Of a stretch of DNA of 64,000 nucleotides, positions 26,231 to 37,035 are shown piece by piece (positions within the stretch are counted from its first letter, which is position 1; the number at the start of each line of letters is the position of its first letter). The position numbers were made by a program, and so were the translations under genes. The stretch is taken from NCBI GenBank assembly GCA_035545835.1, contig DASZXO010000022.1, positions 1,092 to 65,091 on the forward strand, written 5' to 3'. The DNA is from Lacunisphaera sp. (lineage in GTDB: Bacteria; Verrucomicrobiota; Verrucomicrobiia; Opitutales; Opitutaceae). The notes beneath the pieces were generated by a model. The model did not search any database and was not told the origin of the DNA. It saw only the letters and a list, made by a program, of their open reading frames with translations.

Positions 26231-27361
26231 ATGACCAGCCCCTCCCATTCCACGCCGGTGACGAACCCGCTGCGGCAAGCCTTGAAGATCCTGGTGATCG
26301 AGGACGACGCCCGCTGGCGGACGCTGATCGAAATCCAGCTGCAATCGGCGGGACACACGGTCCTCACCGCCGCCGACGGCCTGGCCGGCCTCGCGCTGGC
26401 GACCGAGAAGCCCGACGTGATCCTGTGCGACGTGGAGATGCCGCGGCTCAACGGCTACGGCGTGCTCGAGGCGCTGCACCAGCAGCCGGGCCTGAGCGAA
26501 ATCCCGTTCATCTTCCTGACCGGGCGCACCGCCCGGGCCGAACAGCGCAAGGGCATGGTGCTCGGCGCCGACGATTTCATCACCAAGCCGTTCCAGCCGG
26601 AGGAACTCCTGGCGAGCATCCGCACCGTCCTGGCCAAGCGGCAGTCGCTCGCGCAGCGCCTCCACGCGTACACGGAGGAGCACCAGCGCGAGATCACCGC
26701 GCCGTGGGCGCATGAGCTCCTGACGCCGCTCAATGGCATCCTCGGCATGGCCGCCATGCTGGAAGCGGAGCCGGGGATGATCTCGCCGCTGGATTTGCGC
26801 GAGATGGCCCGGTCCATCCGGCAATGCGCGCGCCGCCAGCAGGCGCTCGCGCACAAGCTCGTCCGCCACTTCCAGCTCGAGCAATTCCGGCAGACCGGCT
26901 GGAGCGATTCCGCCGCGGAGGCGGAGGCGGCCGCGTGCCTCGAGGACGAGTTGCTCGGCGTGGCCGAACAGGCTGGCCGTCCTTCCGACCTGCAGCTGCG
27001 GTGCGAGGAAGCGCTGGTGCGCATCAGCCCCGCCTGGCTGCGGGTGGCCGTGGCGGAGCTGGCCGAAAATGCCTTCAAGTTCTCGGCGCCCGGCGCGCCC
27101 GTCACGGTGACGGCGGGCGAGGTCGAGGGCCTCTATCGCATCGAGGTCGAGGACCGCGGGCCCGGCATGGGCGACCGCGAGCGGGCCGGCATCGGCGCCT
27201 TCCGGCAGTTCGGCCGCGCGCAACATGAGCAACAGGGGCTCGGCCTCGGGTTGTCGACGGTGCGCAGCATCGCGCAGTTGCACCGCGGCACCCTCGAACT
27301 GCAGCCGGGCACGGGAGGGTTCGGCCTGCGCGCCATCCTCGCGTTGCCGCTGGTGGAGTGA
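26231..27361 (+). CDS. Hybrid response regulator / histidine kinase (REC-HisKA-HATPase)
   Basis: ILVIEDD, ILCDVEMP, FITKPF; H-box HELLTPL; N-box ELAENAFKFS; VEDRGPGM and GLGLGL. Start ATG 26231 or GTG 26258. Confidence 0.92.
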   Translation: MTSPSHSTPVTNPLRQALKILVIEDDARWRTLIEIQLQSAGHTVLTAADGLAGLALATEKPDVILCDVEMPRLNGYGVLEALHQQPGLSEIPFIFLTGRTARAEQRKGMVLGADDFITKPFQPEELLASIRTVLAKRQSLAQRLHAYTEEHQREITAPWAHELLTPLNGILGMAAMLEAEPGMISPLDLREMARSIRQCARRQQALAHKLVRHFQLEQFRQTGWSDSAAEAEAAACLEDELLGVAEQAGRPSDLQLRCEEALVRISPAWLRVAVAELAENAFKFSAPGAPVTVTAGEVEGLYRIEVEDRGPGMGDRERAGIGAFRQFGRAQHEQQGLGLGLSTVRSIAQLHRGTLELQPGTGGFGLRAILALPLVE

Positions 27362-27407
27362 GCTGATCGGGTGGAGCCCGCGCTCCATGAGGACTGAATG
27401 CCGCCTG

Positions 27408-27484
27408 GTGGAGGCGGGACGCCCTCGTCCCGCGGGATGCAATTCGCGCTGCTGCCTCGCGGGGTGAGGACACCCCGCCTCCCA
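27408..27484 (+). repeat. REPIN-like family A copy
   Basis: GTGGAGGCGGGACGCCCTCGTCCCGCGGG...CCTCGCGGGGTGAGGACACCCCGCCTCCC. Confidence 0.85.
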
Positions 27485-27538
27485 GCGTGGCCAACCCGCG
27501 CGGAGTGAAGGTTCCGCCGCCAGCCCAGCCGCGCGCCG

Positions 27539-28081
27539 CTACCGCGGCAGCCCGGCTTCGCGTGCGACCCGCCGCAACGGCTCGTCCTGCGGGTAGATCT
27601 GCAGGAACTGTTGCAGGAAAAGGTCGGTGGCCGGGCTGAAGTTGGCGTGGTTCACCTCGACGCCGTCGCGGCTGACGAGCACGACGTGGCAGAGGAAGCA
27701 GAAGTCGCAGGTCACCACGTCGGCGCCGTGGTGGAAACGGAGCCGCAGGTAGAGCGACGGCCGCCGGCCGCCGTGCGCCCGCCAGTCGTAGGTCTTTTCA
27801 TCCAGCAGCAGGTCGCGCAGCGCCCCGGCGACGGGCGCCGGCACGACCGTGAACGTCGTGTCCTCGTAGCGCTCGGTCTTCCAGTCGATCCGCCCGTCGG
27901 GCAGCTCGGCGGCGGGAATGTGCCTGAGCAGGCAGCTGTCCACCCGGTCGGCGGTGCGGACGATGCCGAGGTTTTCGGGCGAGCCAAAGAGGCGGGCGAC
28001 ATCCTCCGGGTGGTCGGCGGCGGGCGCGGCGCCGACGCCGAGCAGGGCCGACAGGGAAATGAGGGAACGCTTCATGATCAT
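27539..28081 (-). CDS. Hypothetical secreted protein with CxxCxxC (CDFCFLC) motif
   Basis: Signal peptide MIMKRSLISLSALLGVGAAPA; start overlaps the mutase stop (ATGA at 28081-28078). Confidence 0.7.
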   Translation of the reverse strand: MIMKRSLISLSALLGVGAAPAADHPEDVARLFGSPENLGIVRTADRVDSCLLRHIPAAELPDGRIDWKTERYEDTTFTVVPAPVAGALRDLLLDEKTYDWRAHGGRRPSLYLRLRFHHGADVVTCDFCFLCHVVLVSRDGVEVNHANFSPATDLFLQQFLQIYPQDEPLRRVAREAGLPR

Positions 28082-29823
28082 ACCATGGGCCGGAATTTTC
28101 CGACGATGCCGGTGAGACAGGCGGTGATCTGGCCGAGGGAGCACACTTCCACCGTCGACACGAGCTCGGCGAAGACGTTCCCACCGCCGCGCACGACGTT
28201 CTCCAGGCGCTGCAGCGCGGCGGGCGCCTGCTTCGCATGCCGGCGCTTGAAGGCGCGCAACCGTTCGACCTGCAGGCGCTGCCGGCGCGGCGGGGTGCGG
28301 GCCAGCGGGACATGCGGCATCGGCTCATCCGTCTTGTAGCGGTTGAGGCCGATGATGGGCCGGGCGCCGCCGTAGACCTGCTCCTCGTAGGCGTGGCCGG
28401 CCTCCTGGATCTTGCTGCGCTGGTAGCGCTGCTCCTGCGCGGCGAGCACGCCGCCGAGCGTGTCCATCTCGCGGAACACGTCGAGGATCGCCTTCTCCAC
28501 CTGCTGCTCGAGGACGAGCAGGCCGGGCGCGCCGCCGAACATGTTCATCATGTGTTTGAACACGCCGGACTCCTCGAGGATGATCGACTGGCCGTGCGAG
28601 GCGAGCGTGGCGTATTTCTCCGTCGGCGTCGTGAACGGCTCGTCCGCGGAGTTGGAGTGGCACGAGTTCGTGTAGTTGAGGTAGGCGAGCATCAGCTCGA
28701 CCGCCGTGCGCGTGAGGTTGTTCTGGAACTCGGCGGCGATCAGCGAGCGGCCGGAGGTCTGCGTGTGGAGCTTGAGCAGCTGCGCCTTGCTGGAGGCGCC
28801 GAAGACGTCGCGCATGCCGATGGCCCAGAGGCGCCGGGCCACGCGGCCGAGCACGAGGTATTCGACGTCGAGCCCGCAATCGAGGAAGAACGACAGGCGC
28901 GGGCCGAACTGGTTGACGTCGGCGCCGCGCTGCTTGAGCAGCTCGACGTAGGTGAAGCCGTTGGCCAGCGTGAAGGCGGCCTGCTGCACCGGCGTCGCCC
29001 CGGCCTCGGCGATGTGGTAGCCGGAGATCGAGACGGGGTACCAGCGCGGCAGGTTCGGCACGCACCACTCGATCATGTCGCAGAGGAACCGCAGCGACGC
29101 CTCGATCGGGAAGATGACCTCGTTCTGCGCCTGCACTTCCTTCAGCATGTCGGCCTGGATCGTCCCGCGGAGCTGGGCGAGGCAGCCCGGCCCGAACCGG
29201 CGCTTCGCGGCGGCGATGAACATCGCGAGGATGACCGGCGCCGGCGCGTTCATGGTCATCGAGACGGACGCATCCTTCCGCGTGAGGTCGAAGCCGGCGA
29301 AGAGCCGGGCCATGTCCTCGACGGTGTCGATGGCCACGCCGCCCTCGCCAACCTTGCCGAGCACGCCTGGGTGGTCGGAATCGAGGCCGTAGAGCGTGGG
29401 CCCGTCGAAGGCCGTCGAAAGCCGCAGGCTCTTCTGGTGCGAGCTGAGGTAGTGAAAGCGCTTGTTGGTGTCCTCGGCCAGCCCGAGCCCGGCGAACAGC
29501 CGCATCGGCTCCTCGCCGGCGCCGCTGTCGCGGTCGAGATACATCTCGCGGTAGGCGGCGTTGGCGTAGGGGAACTCGCCCGGCAGGCCCTGGCCGAGGA
29601 GGTAGCTGGCGATGACGCCCGGGTCGTCGGTCTGGGGCAGGGCGAGGCGCGGCAGCGGCGTGCCCGTGGGCGACACGGTCCAGTCGATCGACTCGTGGAT
29701 TTGGGCCCAGCGCTCGCGGAGCTCGGCAGCGAAGCGGGTGTCGGTGCGCGCACGGGCCACCTCGGCGGTGACATGCGCGTTGTAGGCGTCGACGGCGTCG
29801 GCGATGCGTCCGAGCTGGCTCAT
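28078..29823 (-). CDS. B12-dependent acyl-CoA mutase substrate-binding subunit (C-terminal half of split IcmF, isobutyryl-CoA mutase type)
   Basis: PMRLFAG, RLSTAFD, QADMLKEVQAQN, ISGYHIAEAGA, LSFF and HTQTSGRSL; no B12-binding domain at the C-terminus. Confidence 0.9.
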   Translation of the reverse strand: MSQLGRIADAVDAYNAHVTAEVARARTDTRFAAELRERWAQIHESIDWTVSPTGTPLPRLALPQTDDPGVIASYLLGQGLPGEFPYANAAYREMYLDRDSGAGEEPMRLFAGLGLAEDTNKRFHYLSSHQKSLRLSTAFDGPTLYGLDSDHPGVLGKVGEGGVAIDTVEDMARLFAGFDLTRKDASVSMTMNAPAPVILAMFIAAAKRRFGPGCLAQLRGTIQADMLKEVQAQNEVIFPIEASLRFLCDMIEWCVPNLPRWYPVSISGYHIAEAGATPVQQAAFTLANGFTYVELLKQRGADVNQFGPRLSFFLDCGLDVEYLVLGRVARRLWAIGMRDVFGASSKAQLLKLHTQTSGRSLIAAEFQNNLTRTAVELMLAYLNYTNSCHSNSADEPFTTPTEKYATLASHGQSIILEESGVFKHMMNMFGGAPGLLVLEQQVEKAILDVFREMDTLGGVLAAQEQRYQRSKIQEAGHAYEEQVYGGARPIIGLNRYKTDEPMPHVPLARTPPRRQRLQVERLRAFKRRHAKQAPAALQRLENVVRGGGNVFAELVSTVEVCSLGQITACLTGIVGKFRPMV

Positions 29824-31031
29824 GCGGTCACCTCCATCCAGCAGGCCTTGTCGCCGCCGGTGGACGGGGCGAGGCCGCCCCGCTGCGCGAGCGCGTCAAA
29901 GAGGGCGTCCACGCCCGGGTCGAAGTGCCGCGCGGCGGTGGTCGGGTAAAGCCGGCGGCCCTTGCCGTCCTGGTCCAGCCGCGCCTGGATCTCGGCGCGG
30001 GCCGTGTGCGCCATCGGGTGGTCGCACTTGTTCAGCGCGACGAAATCGGCGCCCGCCAGCAGCGCGATCTTCTGCAGCTGGATGCGGCCGCCGTAATGCG
30101 GCGGCAGGACGAAGAGCGTGGCATCGACCAGCGGTGGCCCGCGGCCGAAGGTGCGGAACGGATCGCTTTCCTGGCCGACACCGACGGACTCGACGAGGAC
30201 CAGGTCGAACTCGCCGGCCTCGCGCAGGATCCCGATGGCCGCGGGCGCCGCGGCCGACAGGCCGGTGAGGCTGCCGCGCGTCGCGAGCGAGCGGAAGAAC
30301 ACGCGGTCGTCCTGGGCGTAGATGGCGGAGACGCGGTCGCCGAGGATGGCGCCGCCGGAGTCGGGATGCGACGGGTCGTTGGCCAGGATCGCGATGCGGC
30401 CGCCGGGGCAGCGCCGGAGAAAGCGGGACACGAGTTCGTCGATCAGCGTCGATTTTCCGGCGCCCCCGGGTCCGGCCACGCCGAGGACAAAAGCGCGCGA
30501 AGCGCGCTTCAGGTGTGAGGCCGGAGGTTTGAGGGGGGAGGGGTTCGACTCCGCCAGCGTGATGGCGCGGGCGAGGGCGCGGTCGCCCGTGAAGCGGGCG
30601 TTCGGCCGGCCCGGGCGCGCATAGTCGCGCTTGATGGTGGCCATGATCTCCGCGAGCGGCGTGCCGGCGAAGAAGATGCGGTCGGTGCCCTGCCGCTTCA
30701 TCACGCGCTCGTCAGCCGGCGTGATCGTGCCGCCCCCGCCGCCGAAGACGGGGATGTCGCCGCCGCCGCGCTGCCTGAGCTGGGCGACGACCTCCCGGAA
30801 GAAGACGATGTGGCCGCCGTTGTACGAGCTGAGGCCGACGACGTTGACGTCCTCCTGCACCGCCGCGCGGACGATGGCGGACACGGGCTGGTGATAGCCG
30901 AGGTAGATGACCTCGATGCCGTGGCTGGCGAGCTCAAGGTTGATCGTGGTCACGGCGCTGTCGTGGCCGTCACAGAGCGGCACGGCCGTCAGGATGCGCA
31001 CGGGGGCGGGGGCGTGGGAACGGGCGGACAT
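29820..31031 (-). CDS. Cobalamin-binding domain + MeaB/ArgK-type GTPase chaperone (N-terminal half of split IcmF)
   Basis: CDGHDSAV (DxHxxG-like), [41 protein letters not shown] and NKCD. Start ATG 31031. Confidence 0.9.
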   Translation of the reverse strand: MSARSHAPAPVRILTAVPLCDGHDSAVTTINLELASHGIEVIYLGYHQPVSAIVRAAVQEDVNVVGLSSYNGGHIVFFREVVAQLRQRGGGDIPVFGGGGGTITPADERVMKRQGTDRIFFAGTPLAEIMATIKRDYARPGRPNARFTGDRALARAITLAESNPSPLKPPASHLKRASRAFVLGVAGPGGAGKSTLIDELVSRFLRRCPGGRIAILANDPSHPDSGGAILGDRVSAIYAQDDRVFFRSLATRGSLTGLSAAAPAAIGILREAGEFDLVLVESVGVGQESDPFRTFGRGPPLVDATLFVLPPHYGGRIQLQKIALLAGADFVALNKCDHPMAHTARAEIQARLDQDGKGRRLYPTTAARHFDPGVDALFDALAQRGGLAPSTGGDKACWMEVTA

Positions 31032-31159
31032 TCCGGCGAAGCGAATCCGAGAATGGCGCCGGGCGCAATGGCCGAGGGAGCCCGCGGGGGGCGAATTCCT
31101 CCCTTGGGAGTAGGGGACAACTCGGTCGACAGCCGGCTCCGGCCCGGCATGATGGGCCC

Positions 31160-32113
31160 ATGCACTTTCGCGACCTGAACGAGGCACAGCTCCTCGCGGT
31201 GGCCATCGGCGCCGAGGAGGAGGATGCGCACATCTACCGGGACTTCGCCGCCTCGCTGGAGGCGGAATTCCCCGCCTCGGCCGAGCTCTTCCGGCGGATG
31301 GCGGAAGAGGAGTCGAACCACCGCCACCGGCTCATCGAGGCCTACCGCCGGAAATTCGGCGAACACATCCCGCTGATCCGGCGGCAGGACGTGAAGGGTT
31401 TTCTCGTGCGGCGGCCGTCCTGGCTGGCGCGCACGCTCCGGCCGGAGACGGCGCGCGGGGAGGTGGCGTTGATGGAACTCGAGGCGCGGCGCTTCTACGA
31501 GGCGGCGGCGGCCCGGAGCACGGATGCCGCCATCCGCCAGCTGCTGGGCGACCTCGCGCAGGAGGAGCAGAAGCACGAGGCCACGGCCGAGCTGGTCGGC
31601 GGCGCGCAGGAAGCGTCCGGGCAACTGCACGAGGAACGGCTGGCCGCGCGCCGGATGTTCGTGCTGCGTTTCGTGCAACCGGGCCTGGCCGGGCTGATGG
31701 ACGGATCGGTCTCGACGCTCGCGCCGCTGTTTGCCGCGGCCTTCGCCACCGGCAACACGTCCGAGACCTTCAAGGTCGGCCTGGCTGCGTCGGTCGGCGC
31801 CGGCATCAGCATGGGCTTCGCCGAGGCGCTGTCCGACGACGGCAAGCTCAGCGGACGCGGCGCGCCCTGGCTGCGCGGCGTGGTCTGCGGCCTGATGACC
31901 ACGCTCGGCGGCATCGGGCACACGCTGCCCTATCTCATCCGCAACTTCCACACCGCGACGTCGGTGGCGATCGCGGTGGTGGTGGTCGAGCTCGGCGTGA
32001 TCGCCTGGATCCGCAAGCGCTACATGGACACGCCGCTGCTGGCGGCGATCTCCCAGGTGGTGGTGGGCGGCGTGCTCGTGTTCATCGCCGGCTGGCTGAT
32101 TGGCGCCGGGTGA
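31160..32113 (+). CDS. mbfA: Rubrerythrin-VIT1/CCC1 fusion iron exporter
   Basis: EEED..IY and [10 protein letters not shown] ferritin-like motifs; [23 protein letters not shown] and [14 protein letters not shown]. Confidence 0.93.
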   Translation: MHFRDLNEAQLLAVAIGAEEEDAHIYRDFAASLEAEFPASAELFRRMAEEESNHRHRLIEAYRRKFGEHIPLIRRQDVKGFLVRRPSWLARTLRPETARGEVALMELEARRFYEAAAARSTDAAIRQLLGDLAQEEQKHEATAELVGGAQEASGQLHEERLAARRMFVLRFVQPGLAGLMDGSVSTLAPLFAAAFATGNTSETFKVGLAASVGAGISMGFAEALSDDGKLSGRGAPWLRGVVCGLMTTLGGIGHTLPYLIRNFHTATSVAIAVVVVELGVIAWIRKRYMDTPLLAAISQVVVGGVLVFIAGWLIGAG

Positions 32114-32140
32114 GATGCTGGCGAAAAGACATGCCATGGG

Positions 32141-32195
32141 GTAGGGCGCGCAGTCCCTTGCGCGCCACGGCGGCGAACGGAGTCGCCGCCCTTCC
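32141..32195 (-). repeat. GTAG REPIN-like family E copy
   Basis: Reverse-complement match to 38307-38360. Confidence 0.8.
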
Positions 32196-32203
32196 GGGGC
32201 CGC

Positions 32204-33316
32204 TCAAATCGGCAGCGTGACCTCGACCGTCGTGCCGTGACCCGGCTCGCTCTGGATGCGGAGCTGGCCGCCGAGGCGCTGGACGATGCGGCGCGACAGG
32301 GCCAGGCCGAGGCCGAGGCCCTGCTGCTCGAATTTCTTGCGGTCGTGCTGCTGGAAGAGCCCGAGTTGCTGCAGCTGTTTCGGCGTCATGCCGCGACCGG
32401 CGTCCTGCACGGTGAGGCGCGCGTTCGTGCCCTCGGCGCGAAGCCGGACGGCGACGGGCGATTCCTTGCGCGAGAAGGCGAGGGCGTTGTCGGTGAGCTC
32501 CTCGACGAGCGCGGTGAATTCGGTCGGGCCGCAGCGCAGGCGCATCGGGGCGAGCTCGACCTTGACGTCGGCGGTGCGCGCATGGCGCTCGGCGGTGGCC
32601 TTGACGCCGGCGTGGAACGCCTCGGCGACCTGCTGGGCCTCGAGCCACGGCACCGGGGGCCGGCCGGGCGCGTCGAGCTGGATGATGTGGAGGTAATTCC
32701 GCAGCGTGCGATGCAGGCGCCGCGCGGAAACGAGGATGTCGCGCAGGATCGCGCGGACCTCGTCCTTGCCGAGGTCGTCCAATTCCTCCTCGAGCATCTC
32801 GGTCAGGCCGAACACGCCGGCCAGCGGGGTGAAGAACTCGTGCGGCAGGGTTGCGTGCAGGCTGGCGCGGAGCTGTTCGATCACGCGGTTCTCGAGGTGG
32901 CGGCTGACCTCGGCGCGCTTGAGGCGGGCGGCGACGGCGCGGGTGAGGTCGCCGATCGAAAACGGCTTGAGGAGGAAATCGTCGGCCCCGAGCTCCATGC
33001 CGGCCCGCGGGTTGGCGTACGCCGGGTCGCCCGTCATCAGGATGAACTGGCGGTCGGCCAGCTCCGGGTCGAGCCGGAGCTGCTTGAGGTAGCCCTTGCC
33101 GTCGACGCCGGGCATGTCGATGTCGCACACGATCACGTCGGGCAGGTAGGCCCGCGCCAGTTCGCCGCCCTGCACCGTGTCGGAGGCCCCGAGCACCTGG
33201 TAGCCATGGGCCTCGAGGCCCTCGACCAGCACGGGCCGGAGACGGACATCGTCGTCGATCAGCAGCACGGTCTTGAGGCTGGCGCCGGGGACGGGCGAGA
33301 GGGGTGACTCGGACAT
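32204..33316 (-). CDS. Hybrid response regulator / histidine kinase (REC-HisKA-HATPase), paralogue of 26231..27361
   Basis: VLLIDDD, IVCDIDMP, FLLKPF; H-box HEFFTPL; ELTDNALAFS, VQDAGRGM and GLGLGL. Start ATG 33316. Confidence 0.92.
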   Translation of the reverse strand: MSESPLSPVPGASLKTVLLIDDDVRLRPVLVEGLEAHGYQVLGASDTVQGGELARAYLPDVIVCDIDMPGVDGKGYLKQLRLDPELADRQFILMTGDPAYANPRAGMELGADDFLLKPFSIGDLTRAVAARLKRAEVSRHLENRVIEQLRASLHATLPHEFFTPLAGVFGLTEMLEEELDDLGKDEVRAILRDILVSARRLHRTLRNYLHIIQLDAPGRPPVPWLEAQQVAEAFHAGVKATAERHARTADVKVELAPMRLRCGPTEFTALVEELTDNALAFSRKESPVAVRLRAEGTNARLTVQDAGRGMTPKQLQQLGLFQQHDRKKFEQQGLGLGLALSRRIVQRLGGQLRIQSEPGHGTTVEVTLPI

Positions 33317-33401
33317 ACCAGCGGCGAGCCTGACATTTCGCCGGGAGCTGGCAATGCTTCTAACCAAGGCATGACGGCGAGCCGCCGATGCGGCCCGCCG
33401 C

Positions 33402-34799
<1,398 letters not shown>

Positions 34800-34888
34800 G
34801 GGGAAGGAGGGCGGAGGGAAGCCGAGCGACCGCGGGATGGCAAACCGGGAATATGCCAACGCGAGCCGCCCGGCGGCGGCCGGGCTAG

Positions 34889-36001
34889 CTAGCGCGCCTC
34901 GAGGCGGGCCACCACGCGCCGGCCGAGGGCGATGCCCGGCAGCTCGACGACGCGATACGTTACGTACGAGATCGCGCCCCCCAGGGCCAGGACGAGGGCG
35001 TAGGCCGCGAGCGTGCCACCCGCGGGCAATCCATCCGGCCAGCGCAGGTAGAGAAATTGGAACAGCGCGAAGTGAACGAAATAGAGGCTGTAGCTAATGC
35101 GCCCGATGAAGACGACGATGGGGTTCACCAGCAGCCGCGAATGCGTCTGGTGCAGGGCGAATCCGAAAAGTGCGAACGCCACCCCATAGAGCGCGACGGC
35201 GGGGAGCGGCGGCGGGAGGGGCGGCTTCATCTGGCGGAACAGCGCGGCGCCAAGCAGCAGCGCCAGCCCGAGGCAGATCCAGCCGGCGAGGGCATCGGGC
35301 CGGTCGCGTCGATCCCGCCAGACAAAATACAGGACGATCCCGCACGCGAACACGGGCAGCTCGCCGAAGATCCAGTAGAACCGGAAGTTCTCGCTGAGGT
35401 AGTTGAAACCGGCGGGGTAGGGCGGCGTGAGCAGCGGCGCCAGCCAGTCATTCGCGACGCGCGCCAGCGCCAGCGTGGCAACCACCAGGACCAGCGCGCG
35501 TGTCCGGTTGGTGACGAATCGGAAGAAGAATGGCAGCAGCAGGTAGAACGAAACCTCGGTGGCGATCGACCAGCCGCCGGGCACGACCGAGTTGATGGTT
35601 TCGGGATGCCAGCCGTGGAGGAAGAGCGCGGTCAGCCCGATGTCGAGCGGCGTGACTCCGCGCGGCGCCCACAAGCGCGGCCCCGTGCCCGCCAGCCAGA
35701 GGAAGAACAGCAGGCCGGCATAGAACATCGGCGCGACCCGGAAGAACCGGCGGAGGAAAAAGTCCGCCAGCGAGCGGCGTTCGTGCCCGTGGCGCCGCTC
35801 ATTCGACAGGAACAGGGCTAAGGCGCTGGCGACGAAGAAGAGCTGCACGCCCATGGCGCCGTTGGCGCAGAACTGCGCGGCCCACGCCGAGGCCGGCCGC
35901 GTCCACTGCCCGGTGTGGGTGAGCACGACGCCGAGGATGGCATAGCCCCGCATCGCATCGATGGCGTCGAGGCGCGGACCGGGGCCGGGCGGGGCGGACA
36001 T
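34889..36001 (-). CDS. Acyltransferase family 3 (OafA-like membrane O-acyltransferase)
   Basis: [59 protein letters not shown] and YRVVELP. Confidence 0.93.
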   Translation of the reverse strand: MSAPPGPGPRLDAIDAMRGYAILGVVLTHTGQWTRPASAWAAQFCANGAMGVQLFFVASALALFLSNERRHGHERRSLADFFLRRFFRVAPMFYAGLLFFLWLAGTGPRLWAPRGVTPLDIGLTALFLHGWHPETINSVVPGGWSIATEVSFYLLLPFFFRFVTNRTRALVLVVATLALARVANDWLAPLLTPPYPAGFNYLSENFRFYWIFGELPVFACGIVLYFVWRDRRDRPDALAGWICLGLALLLGAALFRQMKPPLPPPLPAVALYGVAFALFGFALHQTHSRLLVNPIVVFIGRISYSLYFVHFALFQFLYLRWPDGLPAGGTLAAYALVLALGGAISYVTYRVVELPGIALGRRVVARLEAR

Positions 36002-36076
36002 GCGTCCACGCTGGCGGCCGCGGCGCCGTTGGCCAATCCGAATTGGGTGTCCGGTAAACGGCGGTAAAATGAATGA

Positions 36077-36152
36077 GTGGAGGTGGGACGCCCTCGTCCC
36101 GCGGGTTGCCGTTCGCGCTTGTGCCCCGCGGGGTGAGGGCACCCCGCCTCCA
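36077..36152 (+). repeat. REPIN-like family A copy
   Basis: GTGGAGGTGGGACGCCCTCGTCCCGCGGG...CCCCGCGGGGTGAGGGCACCCCGCCTCCA. Confidence 0.85.
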
Positions 36153-36223
36153 AGCAGGCTCCTTCAGGACGCGATCTCGTTTGCATCGCGTCCCAGGTAG
36201 GCGTTCGCTCCCTCACACCCGCC

Positions 36224-36958
36224 ATGACTGCACCGTTGCGCGTCACTGTCTGGAACGAATTCCGCCACGAGCGGAAAGATCCGCGGGTCGCGGCCCATTA
36301 TCCGCGCGGCATCCACGAGGCCATCGCGGGCTTCCTGCGGACCGATCCCGGGCTGGCGGTGCGCACCGCCACGCTCGATGAGCCGGAGCACGGGCTGGCC
36401 GCGGCGGTGCTCGACGCCACCGACGTGCTCGTCTGGTGGGGACACCTGGCGCACGCCGAGGTGCGGGACGCCGTCGTCGCCCGCGTGCAGGCGCGGGTGC
36501 TCGAGGGCATGGGCCTCGTGGTGCTGCATTCGGGGCACTACTCCAAGGTCTTCAAGGCGCTGATGGGCACCACCTGTTCGCTGCGCTGGCGCGAGGCGAC
36601 GGACAAGGAGCGGGTGTGGGTCGTCTGCCCGTCGCACCCGATTGCGCAGGGACTCGGCGATCATTTCGAAATCCCGATCGAGGAGATGTACGGGGAGCCG
36701 TTCGACATCCCCACGCCCGACGAGCTGGTTTTCATCTCCTGGTTCAGCGGCGGCGAGGTGTTTCGCAGCGGCGCCACCTGGCGGCGCGGGCACGGCCGGG
36801 TCTTCTATTTTCGGCCCGGCCACGAAACCCATCCCACCTACCACCAGCCGGAGGTGCAACGCGTGATCGCCAACGGCGTCCACTGGGCGCGGCCCGTCCT
36901 CCAGCGCCCGGACGCGTGTCCGAACGTGGCGCCGCTCGAGCCGCTGCCGCCGCGCTGA
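36224..36958 (+). CDS. ThuA (trehalose utilisation)-like protein
   Basis: [41 protein letters not shown] and [10 protein letters not shown]. Confidence 0.93.
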   Translation: MTAPLRVTVWNEFRHERKDPRVAAHYPRGIHEAIAGFLRTDPGLAVRTATLDEPEHGLAAAVLDATDVLVWWGHLAHAEVRDAVVARVQARVLEGMGLVVLHSGHYSKVFKALMGTTCSLRWREATDKERVWVVCPSHPIAQGLGDHFEIPIEEMYGEPFDIPTPDELVFISWFSGGEVFRSGATWRRGHGRVFYFRPGHETHPTYHQPEVQRVIANGVHWARPVLQRPDACPNVAPLEPLPPR

Positions 36959-37035
36959 TGCCGGTCGGACGGTTCGACGCCGGCTGCCGCATCCGGTCTT
37001 TCCTTTGCGGCCATCCTGGGCGAGAAGGCAGCGCG

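Noticed and set aside
29815-29840. Frameshift or pseudogene explanation for the split mutase
   Set aside because: ATGA overlap, a strong GGAGGT Shine-Dalgarno and intact catalytic motifs in both halves favour a real two-gene arrangement. Read-level confirmation is still desirable.
31032-31159. Cobalamin riboswitch upstream of the B12 mutase operon
   Set aside because: I could not find the B12-box or other conserved riboswitch elements, and the region is short and shared with mbfA. An Rfam scan would settle it.
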